64,000 bases of DNA from an uncultured Spirochaetaceae bacterium. GTDB lineage: Bacteria > Myxococcota_A > UBA9160 > UBA4427. Positions within the stretch are counted from its first letter, which is position 1, and every line of letters starts with the position of its first letter. The translations under genes were made by a program, and so were the position numbers. Where the stretch lies: assembly GCA_964515335.1 (NCBI GenBank), contig CAZETS010000013.1:11728-75727 (forward strand). Reading direction: 5' to 3'. Under the pieces are notes generated by a model. That model was not told where the DNA came from, ran no database searches, and was given only the letters and a program-made list of their open reading frames with translations. Positions 1-7,876 of this stretch are shown in pieces.

Positions 1-157
1 CACCGTAGATCGAGTTCGCCGCGGCCTCGCGGTCGATGTGGAAGGGCTGCGGATCCCACTGCTGGGCGAACGCCACCACCTCGTCCTCGCCGAGCCGCCA
101 GGCGCCGATGCGGCTCCGCCAGCCGACGGGGATGTCCTCGAAGTACGTCCGCGTCAC
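1..157 (-). CDS. MaoC-like (hot-dog fold) dehydratase, 5' part only; gene runs off the left edge
   Basis: Absent from the ORF track because the window edge truncates it. Reverse-complement reading from GTG at 157..155 gives MTRTYFEDIPVGWRSRIGAWRLGEDEVVAFAQQWDPQPFHIDREAAANSIYG, a typical MaoC-dehydratase N-terminus. GGAGGA lies about 7 nt upstream of the GTG. Confidence 0.5.
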   Translation of the reverse strand, partial: MTRTYFEDIPVGWRSRIGAWRLGEDEVVAFAQQWDPQPFHIDREAAANSIYG

Positions 158-253
158 GGTCGTGATCCTCCGCACGACGGGTGGCTCCGTCGGCCCACGC
201 AGTCTCGCACTCCGGCTCTTCGGCCGCCCGGCGGCTGGTGCATACTCGGCGCG

Positions 254-874
254 ATGAACGGAGGCGGTGTCGACGAGGACAACGGAGCGAGCGGTTCGAC
301 GCCTCCGCGCAGCTGCGGCGAGTGCTCGCTGTGCTGTCGGGTGCTGCGGGTCGACGCGCTGCGCAAGCTCGGCGGCGTGGCCTGCGTCCACCAGGACCGC
401 GCCGGCGCGGGCTGCGCGATCCATCCGACGCGGCCGGCCATCTGCCGCCGCTACCGCTGCGCGTGGCTTGGCGGCTCGCTGACGGAAGCCGACCGGCCGG
501 ACCGGCTCGGCGCCGTGCTCGACGTCGTCTCGACGGGCACCGCCGTGCAGCTCGAGATCCACGAGGCCGAGCCCGGCGTCTTCGATGCGAGCGCTCGCCT
601 GCAGGCCATCGCCGAGGTCTGGCGCGCCTCGATGCCCGTGCGGGTTCGCGATGCCGGCGACGTGCTCGATGCCGACCGCCCCTACCGGGTGCTGATGCCC
701 GGCGGAGACGAGCACAGGGTGCGGGGCGAGTGGACCGAGATCAGGCGCCCGGCGGATGCCGGAGCAGCCACGTCCGCCCCGGTCCGCCGCCGGCTGCCCC
801 TGCTCGAGCGCCTCGCGCGGCGCGCCACGCTCGCGGTGCGCCGTTGGCGGGTGCGCGGCTACCGGGGCGCCTGA
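254..874 (+). CDS. YkgJ-family (CxxCxxCC) cysteine-cluster zinc/iron-chelating protein
   Basis: In frame with track ORF 38..874, with ATG at 254 (MNGGGVDEDN). CGECSLCCRVLRV and later CAIHPTRPAICRRYRC are the family signature. The upstream 72 codons of the track ORF are low-complexity. Confidence 0.75.
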   Translation: MNGGGVDEDNGASGSTPPRSCGECSLCCRVLRVDALRKLGGVACVHQDRAGAGCAIHPTRPAICRRYRCAWLGGSLTEADRPDRLGAVLDVVSTGTAVQLEIHEAEPGVFDASARLQAIAEVWRASMPVRVRDAGDVLDADRPYRVLMPGGDEHRVRGEWTEIRRPADAGAATSAPVRRRLPLLERLARRATLAVRRWRVRGYRGA

Positions 875-889
875 TCGCGCCTCCCGGTT

Positions 890-1597
890 TCAGCCGCGCG
901 CGGGCCCGCTGCCGTACGTCTGCTGCAGGTACTCGACGATGTCGGCCGATTCGAACATCTCGGTGCCGGTGTTCGGGTCGGAGAGCCAGGGCACCATCAT
1001 CTTGCCCGAGCGCTTCACGAAGGCCTCGCGTGACGGGCTGCCGCTTCCCACGTTGTGCAACCGGTAAGCGATCTCCAGCTCGCAGAGCCGCTCGCGCACC
1101 AGTCGGCAGAACGGCGACGACTCCATGCTGTAGAGCTCGAGCGGTGCGGCCGGCGCGCGCGAAGGCCGCACGTCGCGGCCGGCGAGCGCCCGGGGCAGCC
1201 CGGCGAGCGCCGAGTTGAGGTCGCCGAGCGGGCCGAGGGCGAGCATCAGCGGCACGCGGCCCTTGCCGTAGCGCTCGAAGAGGTGGCGGACGATGACGTC
1301 CGATTCGTAGAGCTCGACGCCGGCGTTCGGGTCGACGAGATAGGGGAGCTGCGCCTTGCCGCCGCGCCGGATCAGCTCTTCGCGAAAGCGGTGTCCGTCT
1401 TTCGGACACGGGCGCACGTCGGCCGGCAGGTCGAGAAGGGTGAGCGCCTCGCGCACCTTGCGGCAGTACGGGCAGGCCTCGAACTCGTAGAGGATCAGCG
1501 GCTGCTCGGGACGCGGGCCGAGGGCGCCGACTCCGTGGCCGGTGCCCAGCCGGGTCAGCGAGGTGAGCAGCGAGGTCGCGACGTCGAGGGCGCGCAT
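890..1597 (-). CDS. Protein with two tandem glutaredoxin / GST-N-like thioredoxin-fold domains
   Basis: This is the C-terminal 235 aa of shadow ORF 890..3823, with ATG at 1597 (MRALDVATS). The first domain has YEFEACPYCRKVREAL and the second has YSMESSPFCRLVRERL. Each domain carries a LPYLVDPN or VPWLSDPN plus ESxxIVxYL pattern. Confidence 0.8.
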   Translation of the reverse strand: MRALDVATSLLTSLTRLGTGHGVGALGPRPEQPLILYEFEACPYCRKVREALTLLDLPADVRPCPKDGHRFREELIRRGGKAQLPYLVDPNAGVELYESDVIVRHLFERYGKGRVPLMLALGPLGDLNSALAGLPRALAGRDVRPSRAPAAPLELYSMESSPFCRLVRERLCELEIAYRLHNVGSGSPSREAFVKRSGKMMVPWLSDPNTGTEMFESADIVEYLQQTYGSGPARG

Positions 1598-1620
1598 CGG
1601 TCGCGATGGCACGCCGCCCG

Positions 1621-2550
1621 CTAGAGCGGCGCCACCGCCTCGCCGCGGGCGCGCGCCTGGTGGCGGTCGCGCAGGACCTCGGCGGCGCGGACGAGGGTCT
1701 CGCGGCGAGGGCCGTCGGCGCCGAACGACTCGATCTCGTCGATCTCCTCCTCGGTGAAGCCTGCTTCGAGGCGCTCTTCGCGCGCCACCTCGCGCGTGCC
1801 GCCGAACGAGAAGGCGCGGTCGGTCTCGCGCTGGAACTCCTTGGCGCGCCGGGCGCGCTCGGGATCGCCCCGCGTGAACTCCTTGACCCACTCGCTGCCG
1901 AAGCGCACGTGGGTGAGCTCGTCGGCGAGCACGAAGTCGACGGCCTGGGTCAGGATGTCGTCGCCCACCTCCTTCCCGTAGTCGGCGAGCGATCGGAAGA
2001 CGTCGCAGGCCAGTCCCTCGAGGCAGCGGTTCACGCCGGTCACGCGCAGCACCGGATCGTCGTGGCAGGAGGACTCGAAGAGGAAGGTCGACTCGGGAAA
2101 CTCGCCGACGCTGCCTTCGCCGTGGTCGATCAGCTTCTCGAAGATCTGCACGTGCCGCGCCTCGTCCCAGCACTGGCGCGCCATGTTCATCTTGAACTCC
2201 CACGGGGTTTCCGGAAAGTCCCACAGCGTGCGGCCCGCGGCCTCGAGGGCCTGCAGCTCGCCGACGAAGATGCCGTGCAGCTGCATCTTGAGCTGGAGCG
2301 GAGTGCGGCCGCCCCGGGCTTGCGTGCCGCCCGAGGCGGTGAGGAACTGGAAGGCGGGTCCGAGCTCGTCGAAGACCGGCTCGAGCGCTGTGCCCTCGAT
2401 GCGCTTGCGCAGCTTGGGGGCGATCGTCTCGAAGATCTTCACGATCTGGTCGACGTCGTCGGGCAGCGACTGCAGGAGCGCGTTGCGGTTCTGGGCGCGC
2501 TTGAAGCGCCGGTCGCGCGCGAGTTCCTCGGGGTCCATGAAGCGCTTCAA
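1621..2550 (-). CDS. DUF455-family ferritin-like (putative di-iron) protein
   Basis: 309-aa ORF. ARQCWDEARHVQIFEKL and DELTHVRFG resemble ferritin-like ExxH metal motifs. TTG start at 2550 is preceded by GGAGGA; ATG at 2538 is an alternative start. Confidence 0.8.
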   Translation of the reverse strand: MKRFMDPEELARDRRFKRAQNRNALLQSLPDDVDQIVKIFETIAPKLRKRIEGTALEPVFDELGPAFQFLTASGGTQARGGRTPLQLKMQLHGIFVGELQALEAAGRTLWDFPETPWEFKMNMARQCWDEARHVQIFEKLIDHGEGSVGEFPESTFLFESSCHDDPVLRVTGVNRCLEGLACDVFRSLADYGKEVGDDILTQAVDFVLADELTHVRFGSEWVKEFTRGDPERARRAKEFQRETDRAFSFGGTREVAREERLEAGFTEEEIDEIESFGADGPRRETLVRAAEVLRDRHQARARGEAVAPL

Positions 2551-2573
2551 GTCGATTCCTCCGACGGCGGGCC

Positions 2574-2624
2574 GAGAGAGTATGCGGACCGGGAGAGTAT
2601 GCGGGCGGAGAGAGTATAGGGTCG
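2574..2624. repeat. Three direct repeats with a 17-bp period (GAGAGAGTATGCGGAC / GGGAGAGTATGCGGGC / GGAGAGAGTATAGGGTC)
   Basis: Read directly in the 93-bp gap between the kinase stop (2644) and the DUF455 start (2550). Confidence 0.7.
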
Positions 2625-2643
2625 GTCGGGCCGGGAATCAGCG

Positions 2644-3813
2644 CTACGAGCCCTGCGCGCAGGCGATGCTCTCGAGCGACTCCACGGCCCGGGTCGCGCG
2701 GCGCAGGCCCGCCTCGGCGATCGGGCGGGCCTGCAGGCCCGAGCCCGCCGCCGCCGTGAAGGCGGCCGCGATGAAGGTGTAGAGCGCGTAGAGGCGGTGT
2801 TGCCGCCACGCCTCGTCGAAGCCGGGCGCCGCCACGCCGCGGGCGTGCAGGGCGCCCAGGTATCCGCGGATCAGGTCGGCCTCGTGGCTCTCGCGCAGCT
2901 CGCCGGACAGCGAGTTGCAGAGCAGGTAGCTGACGTCGCGCATGCCCGGCGCGCGGGCGCAGACCTGCCAGTCGAGGAAGCCCACCTGGTCGCCGACGAA
3001 GAAGAGGTTGCCGAGGTGGGCGTCGCCGTGGACGAGTGTCCGCGCGCCCCGGCTCCAGAGGGCTTCCAGGCGATCCCGGCCGTGTATCACGGCATCCGCG
3101 GCGCGCACGAGCGGCTCGCCCAGCGACGCTTCGAAGCGCCGCCGCGCCAGGTCGACCATCTGCCCCGTCATGAAGCGCTCCCACGGCATGTCGCGCCGGC
3201 GGCTCTCGTAGCAGGGCACCCACGCGAGGTCGCTCTCGAAGCGCGGGCTCTCCCAGTGCGCGGCGTGGAGCGTCGCCATCGCGTCGAGGATGCGTGCCGC
3301 GTCCGCCGCGTCGAGCCGGTCGCCAACCGTCGCGAGGCGCGCGTTCGAGCGCGCGAGGTCTTCGAGCACGAGCACGAACTGACGGTCGGGTGCGACCGAC
3401 GCGATGCCGTGCACGGCCGGCGCGTTCACCGGCAGGCCGGGCCGTGCCGAGCGATAGAAGCGCACTTCGTTGCGGCCGATGCCGGTGGCCGCGAGAAACA
3501 GTCGCTGGATGCGGGCTCGAGGCGTGATCTTCAGGAAGACGCTCGGCGGCGGCGGCGGTCCTGCGCCCGGGTCGTCGTAGCGGAGGGCGACGCGGGCACG
3601 CGAAGTGGTTCCGGAGTGATCGTCGAGAAGCTCGCAGGACGACACGCGGACGCCCGGATGGGAGGCGGCGAGGACGCTCGAGAGCCAGTCGGGAGTCACC
3701 TCCCGCGCCGAGCGGGGCAGGCCGCGCCGGCCCGCGCGCAGGCGGTCGAGCGAGACGGCGGCTCCGGACGCGACGACGCGCGCGGCCGAGCGGACGGCGT
3801 CGGCGAGCTTCAT
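2644..3813 (-). CDS. Phosphotransferase-family kinase (APH / ecdysteroid-kinase-like fold)
   Basis: LVHGDAHLGNLFF ... GFLDWQ is a Brenner/APH catalytic motif. The start is taken at ATG 3813 (MKLADAVRS). The track ORF extends to 3936, but that extension is low-complexity. Confidence 0.8.
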   Translation of the reverse strand: MKLADAVRSAARVVASGAAVSLDRLRAGRRGLPRSAREVTPDWLSSVLAASHPGVRVSSCELLDDHSGTTSRARVALRYDDPGAGPPPPPSVFLKITPRARIQRLFLAATGIGRNEVRFYRSARPGLPVNAPAVHGIASVAPDRQFVLVLEDLARSNARLATVGDRLDAADAARILDAMATLHAAHWESPRFESDLAWVPCYESRRRDMPWERFMTGQMVDLARRRFEASLGEPLVRAADAVIHGRDRLEALWSRGARTLVHGDAHLGNLFFVGDQVGFLDWQVCARAPGMRDVSYLLCNSLSGELRESHEADLIRGYLGALHARGVAAPGFDEAWRQHRLYALYTFIAAAFTAAAGSGLQARPIAEAGLRRATRAVESLESIACAQGS

Positions 3814-4022
3814 GGCGGCGCATGTTAGGCCACGGCGTTCACCGGGTACGCGTCGGGCGGGGGACCGTCGGTCCGTGGATGCCGCGCCCGGCTGCTTGGC
3901 GGGCGGCAGGCTGGCGGGGGCGCTTTGGTGCATCATGTCGTGCGCGGCGCCGGGCGAGCGCGCGGGGGCGGATCGCGAAGGGCCGGAGGTGTGAGGTGTC
4001 GCCGCAGGGGTCGGAGGACGTG

Positions 4023-4673
4023 ATGGCAGAGACGTTCGGCTCGGCGCTGCCTGCCGTTCGTTCGCTCGCGCTCGGCTGCGTGCTCGCGCTCGGCTGTGCG
4101 CTCGCGCCGTCGGCCTGCGCGGTCTCCGGGACGAACGCGGCGCCCGAGGGTGCGGGCGGCGTGGGCCTGGTCCACGCGCCTCCTGCCCGCTACGGGGTCG
4201 GCCGCACGCCCACGCCCGAGGAGATCGCGGCGTGGGACATCGACGTGAGGCCCGATGGCCGGGGGCTGCCCGCGGGTTCGGGGAGCGCCGCCGCCGGCCG
4301 CGCGATCTACTCTGATAAGTGTCAGTCCTGCCACGGAGTCGACGGCCGGGGTGGCCCCTTCGATCAGCTGGCCGGCCGACTCGAGGGCGACGCCTTCCCC
4401 TTCGCCGAGGACCCGGCCGCCCCGCGGACGATCGGCAGCTACTGGCCCTGGGCGACGACGCTCTTCGATTACATCCGGCGAGCGATGCCCTCGGATCGTC
4501 CGGGCTCGCTCGGCGACGACGAAGTCTATGCGTTGACCGCCTACCTGCTCGCGCTGAACGGGCTGCTCGACGAGAGCGCGACGCTGGACCGTGTCACGCT
4601 GCCCGCGATCGAGATGCCCGCGCGCGATCGCTTCGAGCCCGATTCGCGCGTCGGCGGAGCCGAGATCCGGTGA
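4023..4673 (+). CDS. Monoheme cytochrome c, SoxD / sulfite-dehydrogenase cytochrome-subunit-like
   Basis: ATG at 4023 follows GGAGGA. Signal/lipobox-like N-terminus (LALGCALAPSAC), one CQSCH heme motif, and a SYWPWATTLFDYIRRAMP block typical of SoxD-type cytochromes. Confidence 0.8.
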   Translation: MAETFGSALPAVRSLALGCVLALGCALAPSACAVSGTNAAPEGAGGVGLVHAPPARYGVGRTPTPEEIAAWDIDVRPDGRGLPAGSGSAAAGRAIYSDKCQSCHGVDGRGGPFDQLAGRLEGDAFPFAEDPAAPRTIGSYWPWATTLFDYIRRAMPSDRPGSLGDDEVYALTAYLLALNGLLDESATLDRVTLPAIEMPARDRFEPDSRVGGAEIR

Positions 4674-5890
4674 CGGCCGAGTGGACGCGGCGGCGCGTGC
4701 TGGCGGCCCTGCTGGCGTCGACGGGCAGCGCCGTGGCGGGGTCGGCCGCTGCCGATCGCGACGTCCCGGAGGCGTCGGCGCCGCCCGACACGACCCGGGT
4801 GCCGGGCGCGCCGCCCACGGCGCGCGGCGCGCGGTCTCCCTTCGAAGCGGCGTCCCGACTGCCTGCCTTCGGGGCGATCTCGGTCACGCCGCTGCAGGAG
4901 CTGCACGGCACGATCACGCCTGCCGACCTCCACTTCGAACGCCACCACGCCGGGATTCCGCAGATCGATCCGGCGCGCCACGAGCTGCTGATCCACGGCC
5001 TCGTCGAGCGCCCCCTCAAGCTCTCGCTCGCCGACCTGCTGCGGCTGCCGGCGGTGACCCGCATCTGCTTCATCGAGTGCTCGGGCAATCTGATGGTCGG
5101 GGCGGGCGAGGAGTCGACGCCGCAGATGCTGCACGGGCTGACGAGCCAGAGCGAGTGGACGGGGGTGCTGCTCTCGACCGTGCTGCGCGAGGTGGGCGTG
5201 CGGCCGGGGGCGCGTTGGCTGCTCGCCGAGGGGGCCGACGCTGCCGTGATGACGCGGTCGATCCCCATCGAGAAGGCGCTGGACGACGCCATGCTGGCCT
5301 ACGCGCAGAACGGCGAAGCGCTGCGCCCCGCGCAGGGCTATCCGCTGCGGCTGCTGCTGCCCGGTTGGGAGGGCAATACCAGCGTCAAGTGGCTGCGGCG
5401 CATCGAGGTCGGCGATCGCCCCTTCATGACGCGCGAGGAGACCTCGAAGTACACCGATCCGCTTCGCGGCGGCCGCGCGCGGCAGTTCAGCTTTACGATC
5501 GACGCGCGCTCGGTCCTGACGGCGCCGACCTACCCCGCACGCCTCGAGAAGGGCTGGCAGGAGATCCGCGGCCTCGCGTGGAGCGGCCGCGGCCGCATCA
5601 CCCGGGTCGACGTCAGCACCGACGGCGGGCGCCGCTGGCAGCCGGCCCGGCTCCTCGAGCCGGTGCTCGCCAAGGCGCACACGCGGTTCGCGCTGCCCTG
5701 GCGCTGGGACGGCGGCGGCGCCGAGCTGTGCAGCCGCGCGGTCGACGAGACCGGCTACGTGCAGCCGACCCGCCGCGAGCTGATCGAGGCCCGCGGGCCG
5801 GGCTCGCGGCCCTACCACCTGAATCCGATCCTCTCCTGGCTCGTCGAGCCGGACGGGCGGGTGATCTACAAGGCCGAGCCCTGGGCCTGA
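4670..5890 (+). CDS. Molybdopterin sulfite dehydrogenase subunit (SoxC/SorA-type) with twin-arginine signal
   Basis: GTG at 4670 overlaps the upstream TGA (GTGA). TRRRVLAALLAS is a Tat motif. HFERHHAGIP, CFIECSGN and GWEGNTSVKWLRRIEV are sulfite-oxidase-family blocks. Confidence 0.85.
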   Translation: MTAEWTRRRVLAALLASTGSAVAGSAAADRDVPEASAPPDTTRVPGAPPTARGARSPFEAASRLPAFGAISVTPLQELHGTITPADLHFERHHAGIPQIDPARHELLIHGLVERPLKLSLADLLRLPAVTRICFIECSGNLMVGAGEESTPQMLHGLTSQSEWTGVLLSTVLREVGVRPGARWLLAEGADAAVMTRSIPIEKALDDAMLAYAQNGEALRPAQGYPLRLLLPGWEGNTSVKWLRRIEVGDRPFMTREETSKYTDPLRGGRARQFSFTIDARSVLTAPTYPARLEKGWQEIRGLAWSGRGRITRVDVSTDGGRRWQPARLLEPVLAKAHTRFALPWRWDGGGAELCSRAVDETGYVQPTRRELIEARGPGSRPYHLNPILSWLVEPDGRVIYKAEPWA

Positions 5891-6651
5891 GTCGAGTCGG
5901 CGCGCGGCCTGAAGTACCAGTTCACGGCGTCGTGCTCGAGGAACCTCTCGATGCGCTCGTAGCCGTGCTCGTCGAAGTAGCCCAGGATGGTCTCGGGCTC
6001 GGTGGTCGGCGCCTCGATGCAGACCAACTCCGGAGCGAAGCGCTCGATGTCGAAGCCGGCGAGCGCGGCGGGCTCGTGGCCCTCTATGTCGATCGAGAGG
6101 AAGTCGATCTCCTCGACGCCGTGCTTCTCGAGCAGGTCGTCGAGGGTGATCGCGGGCACCTGCACCTCGCGGATCCTGGGCCTCGCGCCGGGAAAGAAGT
6201 CGCGCACGAAGTCGACGATCCAGCGGCGCGACACCGACGAGATGCCCTCGCCGCCGACGTTGAGGTAGAAGGTGTGCTCGCCGCCGGAGGTGTCGGTGAC
6301 CACGTAGTGCTCGAACTTCGTCGCCGGGCGGTGCTCCTCGTAGCCCGCGCGCAGCGCGTCGTTGGCGTCGACGCCTATCCCCGACCAGCCGAGGTGCTTC
6401 TCCAGGTAGTAGGTCGTGCTGAACTTCTCGTACTCGTAGCAGCCCACGTCGACGAAGAAGCCGCCCCGCCGGTCCTGGAAGAACTCGCGGATGATCAGCT
6501 CTTCGTCGTTCTGCGAGTAGAGCTTCTTGCCGGTGGCGAGGATGCCGGTGTCGGCAGGCTCCTCGCAGGCCACCAGGGCCAACGTCAGCCACCCGCAGAG
6601 CAGGGCGAGTGCGACGGCTGCGCGTGTACGCTGGCTCTGCGCCGGAGGCAT
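5866..6651 (-). CDS. FkbM-family methyltransferase with a lipoprotein-type signal peptide
   Basis: ATG at 6651 (MPPAQSQRTRAAVALALLCGWLTLALVAC). FFVDVGC and LSIDIEGHE are FkbM-family motifs. The gene starts 10 bp downstream of the radical SAM gene stop. Confidence 0.8.
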   Translation of the reverse strand: MPPAQSQRTRAAVALALLCGWLTLALVACEEPADTGILATGKKLYSQNDEELIIREFFQDRRGGFFVDVGCYEYEKFSTTYYLEKHLGWSGIGVDANDALRAGYEEHRPATKFEHYVVTDTSGGEHTFYLNVGGEGISSVSRRWIVDFVRDFFPGARPRIREVQVPAITLDDLLEKHGVEEIDFLSIDIEGHEPAALAGFDIERFAPELVCIEAPTTEPETILGYFDEHGYERIERFLEHDAVNWYFRPRADSTQAQGSAL

Positions 6652-6661
6652 CGCCGCGATT

Positions 6662-7798
6662 CTAGCGGGCTTCCGGCGCGTCCGTCTCGGTGGCCCGGTC
6701 GAGCGCCGCCGCCTCGGCGAGTCGCACCGGCTGCCGCCGCGACCCCCAGTGGCCCGGCTCGGCCTCGAATACACCCGCACAGCGCTCGCCGCAGTGCCGG
6801 CAGCAGCCGTTCGCGTCCAGCCGCCAGGTGATCAGCTCGTAGCCGTCGCGCACGATCAGCTTCTCGCCGCAGGCGTGGCAGTGCGTGGTGCCGCCTTCGA
6901 GGTCGCGCACGTTGCCGGTGTACACGTGCCGCATGCCCTGCTCGCGGGCGATCGCGCGAGCGCGGGAGAGCGTCGCCGCCGGCGTCGCGCGAACGTCCCG
7001 CATCTTGTAGTCGGGGTGGAAGGCCGAGAAGTGCCACGGCACGTCGACACCGAGATGCGTCGACACCCACTGCGCCGCCTCGCGAATCTCGGCGTCCGAG
7101 TCGTTCTGCCCGGGGATCAGCAGGGTGGTGATCTCGAACCACACGTCGGTCTGCTCGCGCAGATAGACGAGCGTGTCGAGCACCGGCCGCAGGCTCGCGC
7201 CGCAGACCTCGCGGTAGAAGTCGTCGTTCCAGGCCTTGAGGTCGACGTTGGCCGCGTCGGTCGGGCCGAAGAAGTCCTCCCGGGCGCCGGGCTCGACCCA
7301 GCCGGCCGTCACCGCCACCGTGCGCACGCCTCGCTCGTGGCAGGCCCGCGCCGTGTCGACCGCGTACTCGAGGAAGATCACGGGATCGTTGTAGGTGAAG
7401 GCGACGCTGCGGCAGCCCGTCGAGACGGCCGCCGCGGCGATGCGCTCGGGGGGCGCGGCGTCGGCCAGGGTGTCGAGCTCGCGGCTCTTGCTGATGTCCC
7501 AGTTCTGGCAGAAGCGGCAGGTGAGATTGCAGCCAGCCGTGCCGAACGAGAGCACGGGGGTCCCCGGCAGGAAGTGATTGAGGGGCTTCTTCTCGACCGG
7601 GTCGATGCAGTACCCGCTCGATCGCCCGTAGGTGGTGAGCACCAGCTCGTCGCCCTGACGGGCGCGCACGAAGCACAACCCCCGCTGTCCGTCGGCCAGC
7701 CGACACGCGCGCGGGCAGACGTCACAGCACAGCCGCTCATCCTCGACGCGGTGCCAGTGGCGGGCCGGGGCGATTCCGTGCACGCTCGTGTGGTCCAT
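6662..7798 (-). CDS. amrS: AmmeMemoRadiSam system radical SAM enzyme
   Basis: ATG at 7798 (MDHTSVHG). CNLTCRFCQNW is the CxxxCxxC radical SAM cluster motif. There is an N-terminal CCDVCPRAC motif and a C-terminal CHACG..CCRHCG cysteine cluster. The overall layout matches the AmmeMemoRadiSam radical SAM family. Confidence 0.9.
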   Translation of the reverse strand: MDHTSVHGIAPARHWHRVEDERLCCDVCPRACRLADGQRGLCFVRARQGDELVLTTYGRSSGYCIDPVEKKPLNHFLPGTPVLSFGTAGCNLTCRFCQNWDISKSRELDTLADAAPPERIAAAAVSTGCRSVAFTYNDPVIFLEYAVDTARACHERGVRTVAVTAGWVEPGAREDFFGPTDAANVDLKAWNDDFYREVCGASLRPVLDTLVYLREQTDVWFEITTLLIPGQNDSDAEIREAAQWVSTHLGVDVPWHFSAFHPDYKMRDVRATPAATLSRARAIAREQGMRHVYTGNVRDLEGGTTHCHACGEKLIVRDGYELITWRLDANGCCRHCGERCAGVFEAEPGHWGSRRQPVRLAEAAALDRATETDAPEAR

Positions 7799-7876
7799 GC
7801 TGGTGCAATTCTCGCTCGGAGGCGCGGAAGTCAAGGCCGCCGTCGACGGGTAGAGCGCCGTGTCGAGGCTTCGCCC

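Noticed and set aside
890-3823. 977-aa ORF on the minus strand spanning three genes, with similar giants at 16518..19667, 37876..41070, 50503..54525 and 4541..6592
   Set aside because: Outside the segments I kept, the translations are dominated by Arg/Ala/Pro/Gly runs with no motifs, and they overlap well-supported genes in other frames. These are typical shadow ORFs of a very GC-rich genome. Only the protein-like terminal portions were retained, with internal start codons.
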